From Lama guanicoe (taxonomy: Eukaryota), in contig MU053588.1 of NCBI GenBank assembly GCA_013239625.1, positions 1,994,508 to 2,058,507 on the forward strand: a DNA stretch of 64,000 nt, in the 5' to 3' direction. Shown here in pieces: positions 26,031-53,974 of the stretch (the stretch's first letter is position 1; every line of letters starts with the position of its first letter). The translations under genes and the position numbers were made by a program. The notes beneath the pieces were generated by a model. The model saw only the letters and a program-made list of their open reading frames with translations. It did no database searches and had not been told where the DNA came from.

Positions 26031-26853
26031 AACTGTAGCTGGTGCGATGAGCAGCAGTGTATCCCAGGGGGTCAGGCACAGGCTTTGGGGACAGACAGAT
26101 GTGGGGCCCCGTGTTCTGGTTTCTTTCCCTTTAAGAGGGAACATAGTGTCTGTCAAGATTCAATGAGTTGAGCACGTAAGACAGGGCCTGGTATAGGTCT
26201 GCAAGGTCTCCTGCATGACCCAGCTCCCGGCACCACTGCCTCACTTTCTCCAGCCCTAGTGCGTGGCTTCTACTTGATTCCCGGTAATGGTGGGCTTGGG
26301 GCTCAGCACCCCGGGGATGGAGACAAGAAGAAGTACTTTAGGGCAGCCCGGGTCTTCTCGCCCCCGCGTGGGGGCAATTCTCGGCCGCAGCCCACGTGCA
26401 GACCCCCTAAAAGACCTGTTCTACGGAACCCAGCCCAAGGTATCTTCAGTCCCGCCAGTAAACAGGAAAGAGCACTTGGCCATCAGACTGAGATCTCTGA
26501 GAAATTCCTCAGTTGAAAGAACAATGAGGGCAGCGCCGCCTGCTGGCGAGAACACGTGCGCCCGAGGATGCCCCGCGACACGGCGCCACTGCGCGCTACT
26601 GCGCACGCGCGTCTCCCTCGGCCCGCCGACGCTCCCGCGAGGTACGGAGTGCGCAGGGGCGTATCTTAAGGGCGGGACCCAGGACGCGGTCGCCCCTCCC
26701 TCCACTTTCTGGCCCATCCGGCCCATCCAGCCCGCTCTCAGCGTTGTCTTAAACTACGTTCCCCAGAATCCACTCAGGCCCTGGCTTTCCGGTGGCGTCA
26801 GCGGAAGCGGTGACTGGATTAGGCCGGGCCACACAGAGGCCGGCTTGGTCACT

Positions 26854-35258
<8,405 letters not shown>

Positions 35259-35357
35259 CCCCTCCCCTCACACCACAGGGGCCGAGGACTTCGCTCACCC
35301 CCAGCCTCTGTCCTCAAACCTAGTTTTCTTTTCTCTTTACCTAGGATTGATTTATTC

Positions 35358-35363
35358 AATAAA
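35358..35363 (+). terminator. PSMC4: PSMC4 polyadenylation signal
   Basis: AATAAA about 100 nt after the stop codon; a second AATAAA lies at 35578-35583. Confidence 0.8.
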
Positions 35364-36949
35364 CAGACAAGACTGAATCTGCGTAATTTCTTCTTACAAG
35401 TTTAACTCCTTTGGAGAACCTGGGATCCTCTGCCCGTCCTGTTCTCCTGGCAGATAAGCAGTTGACGTACATGGCCTGGGTTACAGCTTGAGAGAGAAGC
35501 AAAGAATTCGAGCTAACTGACTTCACAAATTTGGGGAAAGGGGTGGAAAACGAACAGACTCCGACCCCTGACCATAAAATAAAGCCCCTGTACATCTCCC
35601 CACCCCATTCCCTACAGGTAGAAGACCATTAAGAGTCCTGGGCAGTTCCTGCCTTCTTCACACTCAGAGGGAGTATCAAGGACAGACAGCCCTGCAGAGT
35701 CTCCCAGAGCAGGGATGAGGGGGAGGTTGATGCCTGGGGGTTCTGTGAATGTCTCTGCTCTTATCCATAATCTTGTTGGGGCACAGACGCATTTGGTTGG
35801 ACCAATTCTCACGTTCTCTTGAAATCTCCAGTTAGACACTTCTCCCTCTGGGGAGCCTTCGCTGGTGCCGAGTCAGGAAGTAACCTTTCTGTGCTGCCCT
35901 GGCATCGTGCACACGTTCTGCTTGGCACTTCTTACGTCCCCGAGTGATTGCCTTCTCCAGACTAGAACCTCGTGTGGAGTCATCAGGGATTGTAGCTTGA
36001 TCACAATTCAAGGCCCAGCACCTACACGTGGTAGGCATTCAGTTCATGTCCTTTGAACAAATATATAAATGTCACTATATATTTGGGTGTGAGATGGGAA
36101 GAAGGTATGAGGAAAAATAGTTGGGGAATCGCAGGTCCTTGAAGGGATGGGGTGATTCCTCAGTAGTTGAGCAGAGAAGTTAATTCTTCCTTCCTCCTGG
36201 AACCTCACTAAAACCAGAGTAAGGTATAAATTCACAAGGACACTGGAGGAGAGAGGAGATGGCAGCAACACAATTTTGGAAGGAGGCAGATACCTGCTCA
36301 CTGACGTAGCAGACCTGAGGAAGCGTGAACCTGAGCTACAGGGAAGCCCAGAAACAAATAGAGTCCCTTTCAGAAACCAGAGGTGCCAGGTTCTGAAGGT
36401 GAGGACTACCTGAAAGGCTATATAAAAACCAGGATTCACAATACATCAGTTGTGCAGGAAACAAATGAGCGGTTGTTACTCCAGGCCCTGTGACCTTTCT
36501 CCAACCTGGCTGAAGACCTCAGATTTACTCTGGAAAGGCTGGGCCAGCAGTGTCTGGGCTGGAGGGCCTGGAGCATGGATGAGAGGGGTTGCCATGCTGA
36601 AGACGGGATGAAGTGAGAGCCCTGGGCAGGCAACTGAAGGATTCCTTCTGAGGAAACCAAGCAGCATGAGAGAAAAGAGAGGAAAGCAGGCTGTTAGGAG
36701 ACATCTTTTGCATTCAGTAGCAGCTAATATCTAAAACTGGTGAGTGTACAAAAGCATATAATTTAGAAAGATGGAAGTAAATTTCTAAAGAAATGAGAGG
36801 ATGGGAAGTCATTGCCTCTTGGAACTAGACAGGGAACTACGGGGTGAGGGTGCCATGGGAATGCTTTTTGTTACATACCTTATACATAGTTGACCTTTCA
36901 AATTAGGTACTTAAAAAAACAACAACAAAACTATAGGAGGTAAAAAAAG

Positions 36950-37411
36950 GATTTTGCAAGTCAGTTGGTATTTGGAAGGAGGAGGGTAAAGGAAGGAAAT
37001 TGCTAAAGTGACAAAACACATCCTAAATATCAGCGATAAAGGGCAAAGAGTCTGGGAAGAGAACAGAACCATGTACCCCAGAAATGACAGCTGACCAGAG
37101 TGAGCCTAAAGCTCTAACTGGCAAGAGGTAGCAGCCACTCACATTAGCTGGGAGAGGGGGTATTTGGTATATTTTGTGGGTTGCCTAGCAAACTTGTTTT
37201 TGCCTGTTCTTAGACAAAATTATGAAGTGGCCTCCCATCATTATGGTCTCAGAGTGACTTTGATGTTGGTGTTCTGTGAGACTGTTTATGTCCAACTGGA
37301 GAATAACATGGCCTAGCTGTGAGCACCAGGCCAGCTTTCAATACCAGTGAGGCCTACATGTAAGTGTGAGATGAGTTCCTGGATGTCAGGGGCTGCTTTT
37401 TTCTGTTCTCA
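36950..37411 (-). mobile_element. Probable solo LTR
   Basis: Minus strand begins TGAGAACAGAAAAAAGCAGCCCCTGACATCCAGG, an LTR-like start; left boundary uncertain. Confidence 0.5.
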
Positions 37412-39379
37412 ATTACATGCTACTGTGTGAAGAGGGAAAAAGTAAAGCCAGTTAGCTGAACAGCCCAGGCACCAGTACATTTTGGAAGTGGAGTCTTTAA
37501 AGCAAGTGTTTCCCTGCCAAGGGAGACACGTATCCCTTTTCTCTGTTCCACTCTGCAAAGACAAGAGGAAGAAAAAACTTAAATATATGTAAATGTTTTT
37601 ATTTGTTTTTAATTGTAAAAATAAAACACATAAAAGTGCCCAAAATATAAATGTATGATGTAACAACTTATTATAAATAGAACACTTGTGTAAGCATCAT
37701 CCAAAGACCAGGCTGTAGGTTTCCACTGAGAAGGAGATTCCTGCACAACTGTTTGCCCACAGGCAGTGATGATCCATTGTGTGAATACATCTTCTGCAGT
37801 TACTGCCATGGTGAGTGAACCCCAGCTTGATACAGCAACAGCTGGACACATGTCGATTGTTTCTCCAGGTTTCATGTATTCTTCAGTAACATTTCCTTTG
37901 AGGACAACCAGAATCTGTTAGCATATCTCAGATGAGACTACAATCTGTGTACTGCTACGTTGTTAAAAAGGACTCTGTTGATCAAAAATGACTCTGTACC
38001 AGTACAACAACATGACAAATGTCACCACTGTCTGCACAAACCAGAAGCTATGTTTGATGGCACAGACCACACCACAGCCATCCCAGAAGACTCAAACACC
38101 GTCCTCCATGTCAGCCTCATAGGGAAAGGAAGATGAAGAAGCAGAAGCAGCAGCCAGAAGATGGTGCTCAATGCCATGATGACTGCAGCACTTTTTTTTT
38201 ACTTCTCCTCACAAATTATCCCTAAATATTACTTGGACATTTTGCCGTTTCTTCAGGATCTTAAGATAAATATGTTGTCTTATGTGATAGGATTGGGGGC
38301 TCCAGTGGAACGCTCAGCACACTGACTCCTCCTGCTGAAGCAGGGACACAACAGGCCAGGCAGATGCTGGAACCCAGAGCCCTGAAAGGGAGAGCAGGGT
38401 TCTCCGCAGAAGTGAGCTTGGTGACCTCCGCGAACCAGAACCTGCTTATTTTTATTTTTATATCAATCCATATAGACAATAGTGAATTCATACATTACAG
38501 CTAGTTTCAACCTACCATCACAAAGGTCACTCTAGTTCGCTCCTTTTCCATATCTCTACTTTCCCGCTGACAGGGAGAAGCCTGCCTGCTCCCGCTGCCC
38601 TTCATATATTTACTAACTTGATAAGCACCTCCACCCCCATCGTGTATAACAGACTCCAATCACTCTGCCACCCCGCCCCCATGCTTTTTTCACCCTACTT
38701 GGGTTCTGACACTCATCGCCTCCTGTTCAACCAACATGAATGTTTCCAACACCCCCATTTAGGTTCCACCACCCAATACTGGACAGTACCCATTCCTAGA
38801 AGCCCTCTTCACCCTGCTTGGGCTCTGAAATACCATTCAGAGCCTTCCTCCTGTGTGGACACCCTCCTTATCCTGGTTAGGCTGACACCATGATAGTCTT
38901 TTCCACCACTTGGAATGCCCCCCTAGTAAGCCTGGTCACCCTGCACCAAGCCATCCCTGCATGAACACCTTCCTCATCCTGCTCAAGCTCCAAGACTCTG
39001 CTCTGAGCCCACCTTATGGCTTTAGGACTGAATTCTTCAAAAAAGGAGAGGAAAAGCAAAATGTGTTATCACCTGACTTAAATTGTGGCCTAACTATCCT
39101 ACAGCACACTGCCTTCCCAAGCATAAAGCTATTTCTTCATTCAAGGTTCTCAAATTTATCTGCCAGGGACCCCTAACAGCACAGAAGAATGGAGAGGATT
39201 CCTTCATATTTTAAAAAAGTTACTATAATTTACATTTTTCTCCATGAAAAAATTCATCTTATTTCCTACAAAAAGGCAAAATTATTCGACAGATTGGAAA
39301 TCTTTGGTCCAAATCTTGAAATAAAGCTGAAGCTGCAGGAAGATGCAACCTATTCTCACATGATAAGCCTATGGCTGCA

Positions 39380-40450
39380 CGCGATCACACATAGCACACA
39401 CACCCAGTCATGAGGCCACTGGCACCCGTGATGTCCCACACGCATTCAGGATCACACAGATCCACCTTCACACGGCCTCGCTTGCAACCGGCCGCTCAAC
39501 CAGTACACAGCGCCCCGCACACGCCGCCCATCACACCCGAATCACCCGGGTCTCAGTCCCGCACAGCCACAATCTCCCACCGCGCCTCTCACCTCACTAC
39601 TCAGTCACGAATCACATTCCCAGGCTACTTTCTCTGGCCTCCCTCCAGTCAGGCGCCACTTCAGGCACACACCGTCTCGCACCCAAAGAATTACACACAC
39701 GCAGAAGCACGACTCACTCTCGGACAAAGAGGCGCGGTCGGTCCCGCAGCGCTCACACATACACACACGCTCACGAGGCCGGGGACCGAGGGCCATGCAC
39801 TGTTCTCAACAGTACACCTGCAAAGTTCCCGCCGCAATCCAGGCGCAGGGACTCCCTCGGGAAAGAAACTGACAGAAGACACTTCGCACGCGCCCGACCT
39901 CACGGTGGCACCCATGGGTGCACTGCGCGGGCCAGCCCTCTGGGGTCCGGCGAGGCGGCACAGCCCACACAGCCCCCGGCGGCCAGTTCTCTCAGCTTAC
40001 CTTACTGCGCGTGTCCGCGGAACTAGCAGTGGGAGACGGCGGCATCCGGATCCGCGCGCGCCTGCGCCTGCGCACTCTGAGCCCAAGCCCATCAGCCGTG
40101 AACTACATTTCCCAGAAGCCCCGGCGGTGTTAGTCTCGAACCCTGAGGGCCCCCAACCGTGCGTTCTGGGTGGCTCAGCCCCCGCCCGGGAGTTGGTGGA
40201 AGCCTGGGAAGAAGTCTGTGCTAGGTGAGCTGGAGCAGTACTCGTCTCGGGTAGGGATGGGATGGAGCTGCCACCCAAAGTGAGAAGCCCAGGGGGCATC
40301 GTGCCCGGAGCCTCAGGCCTGTGCGGGCAGGAGGAGCAGAGGAGGGGGATTGTGTGATAGGGAGTGTGTCAGGGTGTGTGTGTCAGGGTGTGTGTGTGCT
40401 GTGCGCGCGCCCACGCTTGCCAGGACCGAGGCAGGCCTCCTGATGGTAGG
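39380..40450. promoter_or_regulatory. ZNF546 CpG-island promoter, probably bidirectional
   Basis: CpG-rich. Contains ZNF143 site ACTACATTTCCCAGAAGCC (40102-40120) and NRF1 site TGCGCCTGCGCA (40063-40074). Outward-facing splice donors on both strands (40225 on +, 40000 on -). Confidence 0.85.
40130..40224 (+). other. ZNF546: Putative non-coding exon 1 of ZNF546 (start approximate)
   Basis: Follows the ZNF143 site; donor TAG|gtgagc at 40225, then a GT-rich intron start. Confidence 0.6.
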
Positions 40451-40925
40451 CGCGGTTGTGTGTCTGAGGCTGGTGTTTGGCTCAGTGGTGGTGTCCCTAA
40501 CCCACGTTCCTACTACCTTCCCTTCCCTCCCATCTCAGGTCCCAGTGTCTGCACAGAGCTATGTCCCCAAGAGGAAAGTCAAATGTTGAACTCTAGAATG
40601 AAGGTTCTCAGCAAGAAGGCAGAGTCCTGGGCTTGGGGTGGGACTTTTAGAGCTAGAAGTGTCTCCAAGACAGACTCCTGGGACGAAATGATGGCAGGGC
40701 TCCCTACTTAGCAGCGCTGTGGGTGCTGCTACATTTTTCAGAACTTCAGTAGTCCCATACCTCTGATCCTCGGAATCTAATGTGAATTCAAAGGCGGGTT
40801 CCAGCCTCCCTCTTCCCTCTGGTTATATGTGCGAGGTCAGGACCGATGGGGCTCTGGAAGGGGCATTCTCCATCTGTCTGAGCCCCAAGAAAAGCCTGAT
40901 GTCTCATGATTTTCTTCTACCCCAG

Positions 40926-41000
40926 TCCTGCCATTCTCCAAAAGAAGGATCCTGAGGAGGACAGAAAAATTGTTGTTGCACATCTAAAAGTACAGATCAG
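40926..41000 (+). other. ZNF546: Putative non-coding exon 2 of ZNF546
   Basis: Pyrimidine tract ttttcttctaccccag acceptor; strong donor CAG|gtgagt. Confidence 0.6.
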
Positions 41001-42120
41001 GTGAGTTTCTATTTCCTCTTTGTTCATAAGTGCATTTTTGTTTTTGAAACATGGAAACATTTGCTTTTATTTTCCTGAAATGTCCAGTGGCCTATTCTAG
41101 GCCTTCCTTTCCAGTGAATGAGGGGTCATGCAGGTGAATCCCTCTCTCATTCACTTTTTTGTAGTAATAAGAAATACTCATCCTGGAGTCTAAAGTTAAG
41201 TTTTGTTTTATTGAGATTAATATTTAGGTGGAATCACCTCATTCGTCTTCTCCAGAACCTCAGTTTAAAGCAATGCAGTATCAGAGGTGGTTTGACTGGT
41301 GTCAGTAAGTGAGTGACATGGGCTTCTACTTTTTAAGGATTTAGAAGCAGAAATGTGAATTCAGGTTTGAGCCCTGCCATCATGGGCAGGGAATTTTCCC
41401 AAGGAATCAATAGGTTTGGATTTACGTTTATAAAGAGTTTGTCAAAAGAAGAAAACACATGTATGAGTAAAGTAATATTCGTTGTGATGAACAATAATAC
41501 TTAAATTTTATATGAATGTCATTTACTAATATTGGGGTTCAGAGACATTTTACAAGGGTTATATGCAAAGTGATATTTCAGTTGATTATTTAGTGGAGGA
41601 GAAAGAGAACGAAACACTGTTCTGTCTGCTTTGCCCAAATTTTATTTAGTTTGCAGATGCCCCTCACCTGACATGTCCATTCAGAACAGAATCTTGTCAG
41701 TAAAAAGGTCTTATTGTTTTAAGAAGAATGTTCAAAAATTGGTAGGCTTTACTTATAATGGTCACATTGATTGCCTTACTATTCCCACATGTCAAACTGA
41801 TTTGCTTTCAAGACTTTAAAATATTTTAAAATTGAGTATCAATTTATTGTATACTTAATTGGAATTAATGGTCATTTTTGGAAAAAAACAGTTACTCCGT
41901 TTTATTACTTGAGGGACTTATTAAAAAGAAACTAAAACTAGCACCAGCATCACTATTAATATTTGGGGGAGGTTTATTTTAGCAGAATTTTTCTGTGCAC
42001 CTGTGTATGTGCTTGTGTGTGGGTATGTGTGTTTGTGTGCAGAATAGAAATTGTTCTAATTGAACATTCAAAGGACACAGACTATCCAATTCCTATTTAG
42101 AAAAATTATTTCTAACATAG

Positions 42121-42258
42121 TTTCTTTCTTTTTCTTTCTGGTGGGGGTCAGTTATCAGGTTTACTTATTTATCTTTTTAATTTATTTTTTTTAAATGGCA
42201 GTACTGCGGATTGAACCCAGGACCTCATGCATACTACCACTGAGCTATACCCTCCCCC
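42121..42258 (-). mobile_element. tRNA-derived SINE
   Basis: Antisense head ACCACTGAGCTATACCCTCCCC and GATTGAACCCAGGACCTC; T-rich tail. Confidence 0.85.
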
Positions 42259-43727
42259 GACCATAGATACCTCCATGAATATAGGAAGAAGAGGAAAATG
42301 CCAATGAACCCCTCTAGTTTGATAAACCTTCCAAGTATTTACACCTCCAGATTTACACCATTTAGGGTTATGTAAATCAGTTAAAAATAATTATTATGGC
42401 ACGGTTGTCAAATAAGGTAGCCCTTCAGGATGACACTTTTCTAGATTTTTAAGGTTGCTTTCACAGGACATCACAATACCCTCCCCAGTCCACATATCTT
42501 TTAATGCAAATAAAATTTGTAAGACAGATTTATAATAGTACAAAACAGAATAAGATGGTAATAACTATAAATATTCATGTACATCTTTACATAGGACAGG
42601 AGAATGAGATTGAATCTCTTATTAAAGTTCTCCATTTAAGGCATTATTAGGTTCTTTTTGTTAGTTTTATGTTGAAGAATGGTGTCTCGTCTTAGATAGC
42701 TGCAGGGACAATGAATGATTTCTTGGTTAGCTTTCTAAGAATTGTTTGGCTAATATTGTTAAAAATATTTGCATTTCCAAAATTGGCTGTAAAATATTTA
42801 AGATGTCCTTATAAAGAAGAGTGAGTTTGAGACTCAAATTTTACCATAAAAAAGAAAATAGAAAATAATTTTATCTAATAATATGTGATTCTTATTAAAA
42901 TATAGGACATTACATGTCCTTTAATACTATCTAATTTAATACTATGTAATTTAGTAATTATATGTCATTAAGTGGTATATATGTACTATCCCAATCTTCA
43001 TGACGGCTGTAGGAGATAGGTGCTATTTTTACCCTTTGTTTATCAATCAATAAACTAACTGAAAAGTTAGTAGCTGTCAAAGATTCACATTCTACAAGTC
43101 TGACAACAGAGTCTGTGTTATTAATAACATTATAATCCCTCCCATAGTTTTAGAGACTTCTTTAATTTGCCTATATCAATAAGTAATTCATCATGATTGT
43201 CTTTCTCCAACAATAAATATGGACCAGTATAATCTGTATTAATAAGGCCTTAGAGTGCCATCACAACTGACTAGACTTATTTAACCTGTTGCCTCTGGTA
43301 GCTGTAGTTCTGTTAGAAATATAACCTTAGTTGGTTATTCTAACATCTTGTGCATGTATCTTAATGTGCATTTATAGCCATTTCCTAAGAAAAAACTGCC
43401 TAAAAATGGAATTTTAGTCAAAGATCAGACATAAAGGCTCATAGTATGCTGAATCTTGTGATAGTAACTAGAGGAATACAAGCACTGAAAGCATTGTTAC
43501 TGCCCTTAATTTCTTGTAATACAGCACATAATATAAAATCAGAATAGACTGAATAAGCATGAGATAGGAGGTAATAAAGCCATCTGGGGAAATTCAGGTC
43601 ACATGCCTTGGGAGTTCATAGGAAGGAGATGTTATTTCTCTAGCTATCTCTCAGTTTTTGACCAAATTATTCTGAACTCAGGGGACCTCCGTGGCGATAA
43701 ATGGATTTTATGCTGTATGCTTCATAC

Positions 43728-43937
43728 CAGCTCTGTCCAGTAGAACTTTCTGTGATGATGGGTATGTTCTGTATCTACATTCTCCAAAATGGTAACTACT
43801 AGCCACATCAGCAACTAAAATGTGGCTGGTGCAACAGAGGAACTGAACTGAACTGAACTTTTAATTTTATTTCATTTAAAATTTGATTTGATTTAAATAG
43901 CCAAGTGTGGCTGTTGGCTATCATTACTGGACTGCAC
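43728..43937 (+). mobile_element. MER3-like hAT MITE
   Basis: CAGCTCTGTCCAGTAGAACTTTCTGTGATGATGG...AAATAGCCAAGTGTGGCTGTTGGCTA. Confidence 0.75.
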
Positions 43938-44379
43938 AACTTCTTATCTTACAGTTTTTATCCTAATTATGTTAGACTCAAAGTGAGACTAATGGGACAG
44001 TTGCAGATCAACATCATCAGAAATTTGGGTGAACTAGAGACCCTTCTGCTAGAGTGCCTGGCCTGGCTGCATGCAGGAGGCCTCTGCACAAAAAGGCCTG
44101 TGTCTACACTGGTGCAGGTGGTTCCCTGTGGTATAGTGAGGACTTGGCTTCATCCAAACTCCCTCTTGTCTCTCCTGATTTGTATGTGGGGCACTGTGGG
44201 GATGGAAGTAGAAAGAAGGCAAAACAGGATGATATTAACTTAAGTCATTTGGGGATTTCTGAGACACACCTGGTCACAAAGTCTCTTGTTCCTCCCTCAG
44301 CCCTGGCTTCTCTGTACTCTGTGCTTTTCCAGTGGAGAGAGCCCAAAGAGGACTAACAAGGTCTTGCAGGGCTAAAACC

Positions 44380-50649
<6,270 letters not shown>

Positions 50650-50792
50650 AAAGGATACAGTGGCCTTTAGAAAATGCCTTTTATAACAACAGTAAATACA
50701 TATTTGATTTAAGAAAAATTTTGCTTGTTAGGGAACATGTGGGAATCCCTTTTGCTTCATGCTCAAAACTGAACTGAGACATAGTTTTACAC

Positions 50793-50838
50793 TATCTATC
50801 TATCTGTCTGTCTGTCTATCTACCTATCTATCTATCTA
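50793..50838. repeat. (TCTA)/(TCTG) tetranucleotide repeat in the ZNF546 3' region
   Basis: Visible directly in the sequence. Confidence 0.9.
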
Positions 50839-53800
50839 GATTTAAAGAGTTTGAAAAATTATAGCATTACCCAGTCTTGGTTAACTTTTGCAGACTGATA
50901 CTGGTACAGTGCACGCAAACCAAGATGAAGGATGTCCTCCCCCCCCCAAAAAACTGTTGTTGACCAATACTTTGATAAGAACAATGAAATTGGGTACCCA
51001 TGAAAAATGAAATTGAAAGACAAACAGACATACAAAATGAAAGTCCCAATTTTTTATGACTGGATTTAACAGACATAAATTAGTTCTGTCTTGTTTATGT
51101 AAATGTCTCTAAATGTTTGCTCTCAGTGTTTGTACCTTAACTCATGGCAGACCAGAAGCAAACGATCTGTGGACCAGCATCAGTACATGGACCACACTTT
51201 ATATAGCATTATAACAGAAAATAATTCTGTTAATGTAACAGATGTGGGGAAAGATGTTAGCCATAGCGTATCTTTACTATAATTCTCATAATTCCACCTC
51301 TGCCTGTGTGGTATTGGCAAAACACTCCTCCCTTCTGTGCCTCAATTTTAAAGTGGTAACTAGAATATCTACCTAATAGTACTTTTGTTAAGGATGAAGT
51401 GTTAATAAAAAACAAAACCTATAGAAGAGAATGTGTTTATAAGCATTATTTTTATCAATAGTGATATTAGGTAAATTCACGTGAGAGGATGACCCTATGA
51501 ATGTAAAGAATTTGTAAAAACTGCCCATTACCTTTTACTTCTTAAATGAATAATTATGGATAAAATCTGGTAACATAAACTTTCATTCCTAAAAACAGAA
51601 CTCATTTCTGAAAACTAAGGTGAGAAAGAAATCTCCAGAACTGATGAATGTGGACATTAAGAGAATAAAGCGTTTGAAGAATCAGGGAGAGCTGTAATGT
51701 TTTTTCTTTTATAAAAGAAACATGTAACATGTCCTTAAGCAGACATGTTACAGCCTGCTTTTTCTGCCCCAAATTCATGATAAATTTGAAAGTAACAATG
51801 AAAAAGGCCACCGTCCACTTAGAAAAAAATAAAAGAATAGTACAATAAATGCTGGTATGCCTTTTCTAGATTCAGTTATTATTAATATGTTGTCATATTT
51901 GGTTTGCTTCTGTATATTTCTGATATATATTTGCTGTAGTATCTGATGGTAAATTATAGACATCATGACATTACACCTTTCTATATATATCATGCAACGC
52001 CTAAGAATAAAAGTTGTGTTCTACTTAATCACTATATAACTGCACACCTAAGGATATTAACAGCAATTCCACAATCCATAATATTACAGACAGATAGCCA
52101 GTGCCTTAACCCAACATATTGGAAAGAGTGTCTCTGGGAACAGTAGTATTTAATGGTACTTAAAAAATGTTCTGTGCTCACAGACTTAGGACGTTCTGAG
52201 TACTAAAAGCCCTTCTAGGGGAAAAAAATGCTTGTTTTCAGGCTATCAAAGGACTTGAGTCCTACAATAAAGAAAATTTGTTGTTCTTTGTTTATCTTCT
52301 ACTGTAACTCACACCTTACCAAGGAAGTCCCGTTCACAATACCTAATATCTTTGGGATGTGAACCAACACTGAAAATGCTGCCATAACCCCCAAAAAAGT
52401 GACCCCAACGGACGGACTGTCCAGATATCCTGGCAGATGCTTAGCTATGTTGAGAAAGGAAGTGCATGACATACTTCTCTGCTGCTCACATCTTCCTCTG
52501 CAGTCAGTTGCTTGCTAACCAAATGTAGGGCTGATACTTTTCTACAAAATTAAAACCCATTTGGTCCAGTTTTTTATATGAACAAAGCATAATGTATTTA
52601 AAACATCTTTTTTTTTTTTAGTGTTTAGGTTTAGCGATTTTTCACTATTTCAGATATACTTCAGTGAATATCCTTGTCTGTGACCACTGGTTGGTGTAAG
52701 CTGGAATGCCTTTCATTCTATACATGTGGGAGTAGACTTGCGCATATATTTTATACTCTTTCCGTTATGTTAGATATTGCTGAATTGCTCATGGGTTATG
52801 TACATTTCCAGTTGTACTAGATATTGCCAGATAGTTCTCTTAGACTCCTATCAAATTGAGTATTCCAACATCCTCATCTTAGATATATGTTTTATTATAT
52901 TTTTTCATAAATTTCAATTTTAATTGAGCGTATTTTTCAAACATGTTTCTTGGCCAATCATTATTTCTTTTCTTTGACTTTCCTATTCTTGACTTTCTCC
53001 GTTATTTTTGTTCTTTTGTTTGTTTGCTTGTTTTCTAATTGACTTGAATGTCATTCTGGATACTTCATTTGCTATTTTGATGCAAATATTTTCTACATTT
53101 AATATAGCATTAGTTATGTAACCACTGAACACTCATTCTATTTTTATTGGACAGAATTTTAGGTTATAAGTTGTATAATCTACATATTAACAAATTTAAG
53201 TTATTTTTCAGTATTTATATTTGTTATACTGTTTACTCTTCTTGCAAAAGCTTGAGAAAAGGTCAGATATTATGGTGATAGCAGTCATCAGTTTCTTCAA
53301 ATTTAATGGAAATTTCCCAACATTTAATGATTTTCTACAGTGTTCACTCTGTGGATAAATTCTCTTTGTTGCCTCTACTAATCTCCTTCAATATGTGTAG
53401 GAGACCAGAGGATACCTACTTTGGTTGGTAGTGACTGCTGAATTTTGCCCAAGACCATCTTGTTATCTGTTGGTATAATCTTATGATTTTCACTTTAAAT
53501 TTACTGAAATATTGATTTGTTTATTAAATGTTAAACAATTCTTGTATATATTGTGATTTTTGTCATACTGCTGGAACCATTTGGTAATATATAGAATTTT
53601 TCTACCTATAATCATTTGTGAGACATTATAGTTTCCTTTTTCTTTTATTGGTAAGATTTTGGAATTATAATTAACTTCTTTAAAAAACAGAAGGAGCTTG
53701 TTTTTAAAATATAATGTGTTTTTGTATATTGGCTTTGTATTTTATGACCTTGCTATAAATTCACTTAGTTCTAGAAGGGTTCATTTTTTTAAAGATTACT

Positions 53801-53974
53801 TAAGAGTTTTCTACAAACACAATAAAGACATATTTGAAGATAGTTCCTTTTTCATTTTCATTTTTTTTATGTCCTCCACTTGCCTTATCACACTGGTTAG
53901 GACAGTGTTGCATAGAAGCACTCAGAGAGGACCTTGTTTCTGACTTTAGGAAAAAAGTATTTAATACCTTGGGA

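Noticed and set aside
39410..40228. 272-aa ORF upstream of ZNF546
   Set aside because: Low-complexity Pro/His/Thr/Arg translation of a CpG island with no recognisable domain.
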